A stretch of 64,000 bases of DNA, from assembly GCA_903906695.1 (NCBI GenBank), contig CAIVLG010000260.1, forward strand, positions 715 to 64,714, given 5' to 3'. Shown one piece after another: positions 53,971-61,489 of the stretch. The translations under genes and the position numbers were made by a program. This DNA is from an uncultured beta proteobacterium (GTDB lineage: Bacteria > Pseudomonadota > Gammaproteobacteria > Burkholderiales > Burkholderiaceae_C). The notes under the pieces are model-generated. The model had not been told where the DNA came from and ran no database searches. It saw only the letters and a list, made by a program, of their open reading frames with translations. The stretch's first letter is position 1; each line of letters starts with the position of its first letter.

Positions 53971-56433
53971 CTAACGGCAGCTCACAAGCACCTGCTTGAG
54001 ATCGAGTTCGCCACGCAGAACTTTCTCGATGGCGTGCTGCTCAAATGTCACCATGCCGGTGGCGACGGCTTCCTGCAGTATCTTGGTCGAGTTCACCCTG
54101 GCCTGGATCATCGCCTTGATGGAAGCCGAGGCGACCAGCAGTTCATAGACGCCCAAACGCCCTTTGTAGCCGCTGAGTTCACACATGGGGCAACCCACCG
54201 GCGCGTGCAGTGTGATCGCGCCCTCCTTGTCGCCATAGAGCGAACGCCAGCTGGCAACGATCGCGACCGGGTCCAGATCAAGGTCATGGCAATACTCGCG
54301 CGCGAGTCCCTCCAGATCCTGGGGCGATGCCTGGTAGGGTTGGCTGCATGAAGGGCAGAGCCGACGCACCAGTCGCTGACCCAGAATGCCGATCAAGGCG
54401 TCCGAGAAATTGAACGGGTCCAGTCCAAAGTCGAGCAAGCGAATGATACTTTCGACAGCACTATTGGTGTGCATGGTGGACAGCACCAGGTGACCTGTAA
54501 GGGACGCCGCAATCACCGTGTGGGCAGTCTCCGGGTCTCGGGTCTCACCGACCATGATCACATCAGGATCAGCGCGCAGAAAGCTGCGCAACACGCTGGG
54601 AAAAGACAAGCCGAGCTTCTCGTTGACCTGAACCTGGCACAAACCGTCCTGGCTGATCTCGATCGGGTCTTCCACCGTCCAAATCTTGCGCTCTGCCGTA
54701 TTGATATGGTTAAGCAAGGAGTGCAGTGTCGTGGTCTTGCCGGAACCGGTAGGACCGCAGACGAAGATCAGTCCAAAGGAACGAAGCGCCATCGATTTGA
54801 AATCGGCCAGGACGCGTGGCGAAAAACCGAGTTGTTCCAGGGACAGGGTGCGTGGCGCAGACAGGATGCGCATGACAACGTCTTCCATACCGCCCGCTGT
54901 GGGCATGATCACGACTCGCAACTCGATGCGTCGGGGACCGAAATCGCGGAACCGGATCCTGCCATCCTGGGGCCTGCGATGCTCCGAGATGTCGAGCGAG
55001 CTCATGATCTTCAGACGTGATACCAGGGCTGCGCGAAAGTTGGGCGGAACATCGATATAGGATGACAAAACACCGTCGATGCGAAAGCGCACCCGACTCG
55101 GTTTCTTGCCGATCCTGGATTCGATGTGGATGTCGGATGCCCCCTGGTCAAAGGCATCCGTAATCATCTTGTTGACCAGGCGCACCAGCGTGTTGTCGGA
55201 CTCGGTCACCACTTCGGCCTGTGCGCGTTCGGTGAACTTGTCCTCTACTCCAAGCTCTGCGATGATCTCACCGATGTGCCCGTTGTCTGCGTCCGCACCG
55301 TAGAACTGTGCGATGGCCGACAAAAGATCCTCGTGCTCGGCAATCACCGGATCGACTTTCAAACCGGTGAAGAATTCAATTTCATGCAGCGCCTGCAATG
55401 ACAATGGATCTTCCATGCTCACCACGATTCTTCCATCGGTACGGTACATAGGCATGACGTGATGCTTGCGGGCGAGTTCGGCCGACACCGCCTTGATGGC
55501 GTTCGGATCGTACTGAAAGCGCGACAGGTTGACGCACGGAAAACCGAGCTGTTCGACAAGAACCTTGCGCACCACTTCGCGCGTCACCACGCCCATTTCC
55601 ACCAATATGGCGCCGATCGGTTTGCTCCGGTCACGACCTTGTTTTGCCAATGCCGCATCGCGTTGCACCATGCTGATGATCCCTTCCTGGACCAGCACGT
55701 CGCCGAGCTTGATGTGCGCCATCGTCCGCTGGCGCGCCAGAGCCATTTCAAGTTGCTCGCGCGTGACCAGATCCTGATCGGCGAAGTAGGCACCTATCTT
55801 GCGATCGCGCAATTCATGCTGGATTTGCAGTCCCACTTGCAGGGCCTCCGTTGAAACTGCATATTGATCATGCAAGGTCTGTCCGACCCGATCGCCAACG
55901 TTGTAGCTCGAGAATGCTGCTGTTGGAACAAAGCAGCGCACGATCTCATCGGCCGAATCGATCACAAACAGAAACAGTCCTTCCTTGCGGATCACGATCG
56001 ACATGAGTGCGTACTGGACGGTCGATGCGTCCTTGAAGGTCACTACACACTGACGTCGGGTGGTACTGGCGCGCGCTTCAAGAGCACCCGGTGGCACCGC
56101 CATCGGGATCGCTTCGAGTTCAACGTTCCGGCATAGATACAGGCTGCGCAGGGTCTCGAACAGCACGTGACGAGATGAACCCAGGCTGGACGCAATGTCC
56201 AAAGTCCCTGCTTCGAAGTCAATCCTGCTGACCTCACCGACAATTTTTTCACCGTCGCTCAGAGTGGCTATGCCGCGTTCCGGCTTGGAGTCAAGGTCTT
56301 CACAAACCAAGCGCATATGGTGCGGCACGGGCCAGTGCAAGGCATTCGGCCCCGCATCCAAGGGAGCGACTGCGCCAGCGGGACTGGCGGTCGATGTTGC
56401 CAATGGCAGCGGAGTGGGTCGGGATAGGTTCAT
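53971..56433 (-). CDS. GspE/PilB/MshE-family secretion ATPase with MshEN-like repeats and an uncharacterised N-terminal domain
   Basis: GPTGSGKTTT, TVEDPIE, DPDVIMVGETRD, TGHLVLSTMHTN, CPSC...CPMC; repeats of xxG-x(20)-Q (e.g. KLGDVLVQEGIISMVQRDAALAKQ). Confidence 0.9.
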   Translation of the reverse strand: MNLSRPTPLPLATSTASPAGAVAPLDAGPNALHWPVPHHMRLVCEDLDSKPERGIATLSDGEKIVGEVSRIDFEAGTLDIASSLGSSRHVLFETLRSLYLCRNVELEAIPMAVPPGALEARASTTRRQCVVTFKDASTVQYALMSIVIRKEGLFLFVIDSADEIVRCFVPTAAFSSYNVGDRVGQTLHDQYAVSTEALQVGLQIQHELRDRKIGAYFADQDLVTREQLEMALARQRTMAHIKLGDVLVQEGIISMVQRDAALAKQGRDRSKPIGAILVEMGVVTREVVRKVLVEQLGFPCVNLSRFQYDPNAIKAVSAELARKHHVMPMYRTDGRIVVSMEDPLSLQALHEIEFFTGLKVDPVIAEHEDLLSAIAQFYGADADNGHIGEIIAELGVEDKFTERAQAEVVTESDNTLVRLVNKMITDAFDQGASDIHIESRIGKKPSRVRFRIDGVLSSYIDVPPNFRAALVSRLKIMSSLDISEHRRPQDGRIRFRDFGPRRIELRVVIMPTAGGMEDVVMRILSAPRTLSLEQLGFSPRVLADFKSMALRSFGLIFVCGPTGSGKTTTLHSLLNHINTAERKIWTVEDPIEISQDGLCQVQVNEKLGLSFPSVLRSFLRADPDVIMVGETRDPETAHTVIAASLTGHLVLSTMHTNSAVESIIRLLDFGLDPFNFSDALIGILGQRLVRRLCPSCSQPYQASPQDLEGLAREYCHDLDLDPVAIVASWRSLYGDKEGAITLHAPVGCPMCELSGYKGRLGVYELLVASASIKAMIQARVNSTKILQEAVATGMVTFEQHAIEKVLRGELDLKQVLVSCR

Positions 56434-56767
56434 TAGTTTCAAGAGTTTCCAATTCAGTCCTGCCGGGACTGGAGCGAGCACAGCTGTGCCTGCGGGGTTT
56501 CGATGCAGTGCAGATTGACTTTCAGCATCTGATCCAGGTCAGCATTGCGTGCTACGCCAAGCGTGGCGTAATAGTCCTCATACTTCATGATGCGGTAATT
56601 TCCCATGGCACAGGTATCGGGTCTGTGCGCTATCGCACTGACACTGACAACGTGCAGGCAAGTAAAGGCGTATGCCCGTGTCCAAAGCTACTTTATTTTT
56701 GGTAGGATTTACGTCGACCGCGATGTGGTGGTCAATTGATTTGACAATCTTCTGCTGGGGGATACCG

Positions 56768-57739
56768 GTGGTTCGTATCTATTTATTCCTCGTCGGTTTG
56801 TGTCTTTCCGCCAGTCAGGCGCAAGCGCAAGCGGCTCCGCCAGGCTTCCCTTCATGGGCCTATGTCATGAACACGCTTGCTCCTGAGCCCAGTATTCCAG
56901 ACGATGGCACCCTCTTCAAGGTGCCGGGCAGCGAAGCGGCTTTCACGCGCGATCAAACGCGTGGGCCCTTCGTGGCTTCGGATTGGCATCCAGATGACCA
57001 TCCGGCAATGCCCAAGGTGGTTGCAATCGGTCGCAAACCGACGGTTTGGGCATGCGCCCGCTGTCATCGCCCAAACGGCTCGGGGGGCCCGGAAAATGCC
57101 CGCATCGCTGGTCTGCCGGCTGACTATATCGTGCAGCAACTAAAGGACATGGCAAGCGGCGAGCGTTCCACCGTCATGCCCAAGCGAGTGCCCCAAGTGC
57201 TCAAACAATCGTTCGTCAATGAGCTCACCGAGGACGAGATGCATGAGGCGGCGAATTATTTTTCGCGCCTTAAACCGCGTCATACCTTAGTAGTCAAGGA
57301 ATCCGCGACTGCGCCAAAAACCGTTAACCGCGGCCAATTCTTTGCAGCCAGCGCAGATGGTTTACAGGAAGAGCTGGGCGACCGGATCGTTGAAGTGCCA
57401 GAAGACTTGCAACGCTTCGAGGTGCTGCACGATGATCGGGTGCAATTCCTTGTCTACGTTCCGCCAGGTAGCGTAGCCAAGGGGATAGCCTTGACGCGCG
57501 CGCCTGGCGGCAATTCTTCGCTTGCCTGTGCCGGTTGCCACGGTGCGGATTTTCGAGGCATTGGCCTGATCCCGTCGATCGCTGGGCTCTCACCCACTTA
57601 TGTCGTTCGCCAGCTGTGGGATATCAAGGTTGGCGCGCGCACTGGAGTGAGCGCGCAGGCCATGAAGCCGGTGGTTGCATCCCTGTCCGGCCAAGACATG
57701 CTGGCACTGTCGGCTTACCTGGCGACGCTCAAGCCCTGA
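56768..57739 (+). CDS. Periplasmic diheme c-type cytochrome (cytochrome c4/c553-like)
   Basis: Signal peptide from GTG 56768, CARCH and CAGCH heme motifs, IAGLPADYIVQQL and IAGLSPTYVVRQL helices. Confidence 0.87.
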   Translation: MVRIYLFLVGLCLSASQAQAQAAPPGFPSWAYVMNTLAPEPSIPDDGTLFKVPGSEAAFTRDQTRGPFVASDWHPDDHPAMPKVVAIGRKPTVWACARCHRPNGSGGPENARIAGLPADYIVQQLKDMASGERSTVMPKRVPQVLKQSFVNELTEDEMHEAANYFSRLKPRHTLVVKESATAPKTVNRGQFFAASADGLQEELGDRIVEVPEDLQRFEVLHDDRVQFLVYVPPGSVAKGIALTRAPGGNSSLACAGCHGADFRGIGLIPSIAGLSPTYVVRQLWDIKVGARTGVSAQAMKPVVASLSGQDMLALSAYLATLKP

Positions 57740-57883
57740 CTAACCGTTAGCCGGACAAGTACCTCTACATCGCCCTCATATGGCGCCAAATGCGTGTGGA
57801 TGTCTGCTTTGAAGCTGATAGATTGCAATCTTGTTCGACAGTAATCGGGAACTGCGGGGCCGAGCTGCCCGCAGAAAGTAGAA

Positions 57884-57904
57884 ACCCGGCAACTAAGGCC
57901 GGGT
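57884..57904 (-). terminator. Intrinsic terminator on the minus strand
   Basis: ACCCGGC / GCCGGGT stem, followed on the minus strand by TTCTACTTTCT. Confidence 0.5.
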
Positions 57905-58107
57905 CAGTCCCCTCAGGGCACGCAGAGCGTGAGGCAATCGCCTAGCGCGAATAATGAACTTCCAGTGGGATAACGCATTGCGCCAGATCAAAGGTTTGCG
58001 ATATGAACTGGCTAATTCACCCGCCGACAAGCACTGTGCGGGAGAGTAAGTTCAGGTGAGAGCGCCCGACGTCTGTCCCACTGACGCCGATTCAGTGCCG
58101 AGTAGCC

Positions 58108-58386
58108 CTAGCGCGGCTTTTCCTTGGCTTCCACGTCAATCACGTCGGCATCATCGCGCTGGTTTGCCGGGCGTTGACCGGGTGCGCGATAGAAGCGGTT
58201 CCAAACTGCCTGCCGATCAATCTGAAAAGTCCAACGACGCACCGGTCGGCCATTCAAGCGCGACCAGAGAGCCCGCAGCAACCACAGCGCCAGCATGACC
58301 AGCGCCGCAAGCAGTAAACTCGTCAGAAAGACCAGACCAGCCAGCATCAGAGCGACTCGCACGAAGACGCCCAAGATATTCCTCAT
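58108..58386 (-). CDS. Hypothetical small membrane protein
   Basis: N-terminal TM helix, polar tail ending DVIDVEAKE; downstream of scoB. Confidence 0.7.
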   Translation of the reverse strand: MRNILGVFVRVALMLAGLVFLTSLLLAALVMLALWLLRALWSRLNGRPVRRWTFQIDRQAVWNRFYRAPGQRPANQRDDADVIDVEAKEKPR

Positions 58387-58453
58387 CTCATGTTTACAAG
58401 CTGCATGGTCAACACCAGCGAACGCGCGAAGTCGCGCTCACCCGTCGCCGCTG

Positions 58454-59092
58454 TCAGTGCAAGGGCACACCAGTCTTCGATTGCAGCTCTTCAAGCGTTA
58501 CGCCCGGAGCCATCTCCACCACTTTCAAACCGCGCGGCGTCACATCCAGCACTGCCAGATCCGTGATGATGCGGTCCACGACTCCGACGCCGGTGAGCGG
58601 CAGCGTACAAGTCGGCAGTATCTTCAGATCAATAGAGCCGTCCTTCTTCTTCGCGACGTGTTCCATCAGAACCACGACGCACTTGACGCCACCCACCAGA
58701 TCCATCGCACCACCCATGCCTTTGACCATCTTGCCGGGGATCATCCAGTTGGCCAGATCGCCTTTCTCGCTGACCTGCATGGCACCCAGAATGCTCAGGT
58801 TTACCTTGCCGCCGCGGATCATGGCAAAACTGTCATGGCTGCCAAAAATGCTGGAGCCGGGAATCGTGGTCACGGTTTGCTTGCCGGCGTTGATCAAATC
58901 GGCATCGACCTCGTCCTCGGTCGGAAACGGGCCGATACCCAGCATGCCGTTCTCGCTTTGCAGCCAGACTTCCATACCAGCTGGCACATAGTTGGCTACC
59001 AGTGTGGGCAAACCGATCCCCAAGTTGACGTAGAAGCCGTCCTGCAATTCCTTGGCCGCAATGGCCGCCATTTGGTCGCGTGTCCAAGCCAT
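58454..59092 (-). CDS. scoB: 3-oxoacid CoA-transferase subunit B
   Basis: [13 protein letters not shown] (catalytic Glu), GGAMDLV. Start placed at ATG 59092. Confidence 0.93.
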   Translation of the reverse strand: MAWTRDQMAAIAAKELQDGFYVNLGIGLPTLVANYVPAGMEVWLQSENGMLGIGPFPTEDEVDADLINAGKQTVTTIPGSSIFGSHDSFAMIRGGKVNLSILGAMQVSEKGDLANWMIPGKMVKGMGGAMDLVGGVKCVVVLMEHVAKKKDGSIDLKILPTCTLPLTGVGVVDRIITDLAVLDVTPRGLKVVEMAPGVTLEELQSKTGVPLH

Positions 59093-59166
59093 GATCAAAC
59101 TCCTTTTCTTAATCAGTTGAGGACCGAGCTTATTCGCTTCGCGTAACTGCGGTCCGTCCCACAAAA

Positions 59167-59859
59167 CTATCTGACTGTTCTTTGTTCAATGCGCTTCTCG
59201 GGATGCGCGTTGAGCACGATGCGTTGCACGTAGATGCCGGGTAAATGCACGGCGTCCGGATCAAAGCTGCCGGTCTCGACAATCTCCTCGACCTCGACCA
59301 CTGTGAGCCGTCCCGCCATCGCCACTGCCGGGTTGAAGTTGCGCGCGGTGCGCCGGAAGATCAGGTTTCCGCTCTTGTCCGCCTTCCAGGCCTTGACCAG
59401 CGAGACCTCAGGCACGAGCGAGCGCTCCATCACGTAGACATGGCCGTCGAATTCGCGTGTTTCCTTGCCTTCGGCGATCAAAGTGCCGACACCGGTGCGC
59501 ACATAGAACGCCGGGATACCGGCACCACCGGCGCGCAGCTTCTCGGCCAGTGTGCCTTGCGGCGTGAATTCCAGTTGCAGTTCGCCAGCGAGAAATTGCC
59601 GCTCGAACTCCTTGTTCTCGCCCACGTAGCTCGAAATCATCTTGCTGATCTGCCGCGTCGCCAGCAATTTGCCCAAGCCAAAACCGTCGACGCCGGCGTT
59701 GTTCGAGATCACCGTCAGGTCTTTGACTCCGCTGGCGCACAGGGCGTCGATCAGGGCTTCCGGAATGCCGCAAAGACCAAAGCCGCCGACAGCCATGAGC
59801 TGACCGTCACGGACAATGCCTTCCAACGCCTTGGCCGCACTTGGGTAAATTTTGTTCAC
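59167..59859 (-). CDS. scoA: 3-oxoacid CoA-transferase subunit A
   Basis: [35 protein letters not shown]. Confidence 0.93.
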   Translation of the reverse strand: MNKIYPSAAKALEGIVRDGQLMAVGGFGLCGIPEALIDALCASGVKDLTVISNNAGVDGFGLGKLLATRQISKMISSYVGENKEFERQFLAGELQLEFTPQGTLAEKLRAGGAGIPAFYVRTGVGTLIAEGKETREFDGHVYVMERSLVPEVSLVKAWKADKSGNLIFRRTARNFNPAVAMAGRLTVVEVEEIVETGSFDPDAVHLPGIYVQRIVLNAHPEKRIEQRTVR

Positions 59860-59920
59860 TTCATGATCTCCTTGATAAAACCTTGCCGGACAGAGCGAGC
59901 CCTGACACCTGTCGTACGAT

Positions 59921-59942
59921 ACTACCTAGTCCACTACGTAGT
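59921..59942. promoter_or_regulatory. Tandem near-palindromic 10-mers, candidate operator
   Basis: ACTACCTAGT 59921-59930 and ACTACGTAGT 59933-59942 between divergent scoA and the LuxR gene. Confidence 0.45.
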
Positions 59943-59969
59943 ATTTCGTAAAATACAAACCCTCGGTGG

Positions 59970-60527
59970 GTGACTCTAACCATTATGGATGTTGATTACC
60001 GCATCGCCTTCGATCTTGCCCCCGTCGGGCTGATTCTGTCACGCAACCGCGTCATTGTGGACTGTAACCGGCACGTCTGCGAGATGTTTGGTGTGTCACG
60101 GGAGTTGCTAGCCGGCGCCTCGTTTCAAGTCTTGTATCCCAGTGCCATTGAGTTCGAACGCACCGGGTCCCGCATTGCACCGATTCTGAATCGTAGCGGC
60201 ACCTACGCCGATGACCGCATTATGAAGCGAGCCAATGGCGAGACTTTCTGGTGCCACGTCACCGGAAGGGCTTTGAACCCCAGCGCGCCGCACGAGGCAG
60301 GCATCTGGAGCTTTGAGGACTTGAGTTCACACCGTCCCGTCAAGGCCGACCTGACTGCCCGTGAACGCGAAGTGGCGGCGCATCTGTTGGATGGTCTGAC
60401 GTCCAAGGAAATCGGAAAAGCTCTGTGCATCAGCCACCGCACGGTTGAAATCTACCGGGCCCGGCTGATGCGCAAATACAAGGCCTCCAACACCGGCGAC
60501 CTGGTACATCGATTGATGGCGGGGTGA
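59970..60527 (+). CDS. PAS + LuxR-type HTH transcriptional regulator
   Basis: AFDLAPVGL...FWCHVTG PAS; LTAREREV...SKEIGKALCISHRTVEIYR HTH. Confidence 0.9.
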   Translation: MTLTIMDVDYRIAFDLAPVGLILSRNRVIVDCNRHVCEMFGVSRELLAGASFQVLYPSAIEFERTGSRIAPILNRSGTYADDRIMKRANGETFWCHVTGRALNPSAPHEAGIWSFEDLSSHRPVKADLTAREREVAAHLLDGLTSKEIGKALCISHRTVEIYRARLMRKYKASNTGDLVHRLMAG

Positions 60528-60599
60528 ATTACACTTCCGACAAGTTCAACGGGCTTGCAACGCCGTTCAACCCATTTCCAACCAAACCGGAGTAACTTT

Positions 60600-60905
60600 A
60601 TGAGCAACCGTCGCGAATTTATCGTTCAATTCAGTCTGGGTAGTGGCATGCTGGCCGCTGGCAGCGCCTTTGCCCAGGGCGCCTTGGTGGTCGAGACCGA
60701 TGCCCAGGCAGCAGCCCTTGGCTACAAGGCCGACGCAAGCAAGGCTGACAAAGCAAAATTCCCGAAATATGCAGCTGACCAGAAATGCAGCAACTGTGCG
60801 CTGTATCAAGGCAAGGCGGCAGACGCATCCGGTCCCTGCCCACTTTTTGCTGGCAAGCAGGTATCGGCCAAAGGCTGGTGCAGCGGCTGGGCGAAGAAGG
60901 CCTGA
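60600..60905 (+). CDS. High-potential iron-sulfur protein (HiPIP)
   Basis: Tat signal SNRREFI; four Cys in CSNCALY, GPCPLF and GWCSGW; RBS GGAG. Confidence 0.9.
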   Translation: MSNRREFIVQFSLGSGMLAAGSAFAQGALVVETDAQAAALGYKADASKADKAKFPKYAADQKCSNCALYQGKAADASGPCPLFAGKQVSAKGWCSGWAKKA

Positions 60906-60919
60906 GATCATCGGTTTAG

Positions 60920-61489
60920 ATGAACCGCTACCCCGCCCCTGAACTCAGGGACCTGCCCGACGACATCCGAGTGAGGGTGCTGGAGGTGCAGGAAAAGGCC
61001 GGCTTTGTGCCTAACGTCTTCCTGGCGCTGGCGCGTCGACCCGACGAATGGCGGGCCTTCTTCGCTTATCACGATGCCCTGATGCTCAAAGAGTCCGGCC
61101 TCAGCAAGGGCGATCGCGAGATGATCGTCACTGCCACCAGCGCCGCCAACAAATGCCTTTATTGCGTGGTTGCGCATGGTGCCATCCTGCGCATCTACGA
61201 AAAGAAACCGCTGGTCGCTGACCAGGTCGCAGTCAACTACCGCAAGGCCGACATCACGCCGCGCCAGCGCGCCATGTTGGACTTTGCGATGAAGGTCTGC
61301 CTGAAGTCCGATGAAATATCTGACGCCGACTTCGAGCCGCTGCAAGCCCACGGATTCAGCGACGAAGATGTTTGGGACATCGCTGCCATCACGGCGTTTT
61401 TCGGGCTATCCAACCGCATGGCATCGTTCAGCAACATGCAGCCCAACCCCGAGTTTTATCTGATGGGTCGGGTTGCCAAACCGAAGTAG
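60920..61489 (+). CDS. Peroxidase-related AhpD/carboxymuconolactone decarboxylase family protein
   Basis: GFVPNVF, REMIVTATS, CLYCVVAHGA (CxxC), SNR. Confidence 0.88.
   Translation: MNRYPAPELRDLPDDIRVRVLEVQEKAGFVPNVFLALARRPDEWRAFFAYHDALMLKESGLSKGDREMIVTATSAANKCLYCVVAHGAILRIYEKKPLVADQVAVNYRKADITPRQRAMLDFAMKVCLKSDEISDADFEPLQAHGFSDEDVWDIAAITAFFGLSNRMASFSNMQPNPEFYLMGRVAKPK

Noticed and set aside
57975-58000. Minus-strand GCAAACC...GGCGCAATGC resembling c-di-GMP-I riboswitch conserved segments, next to a c-di-GMP gene block
   Set aside because: No GNRA-capped P2 stem and no P3/receptor; probably chance. A cmscan with RF01051 would settle it.
57954-58049. 31-aa ORF MNFQWDNALRQIKGLRYELANSPADKHCAGE
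   Set aside because: No clear RBS or recognisable family.
46931-58095. CTGAC-NNN-GATTCAG at 46931-46945 and 58081-58095 (12 of 15 identical) as a possible att/target duplication of the accessory block
   Set aside because: Short, mismatched, found by looking at chosen boundaries, and no recombinase present; not distinguishable from chance.
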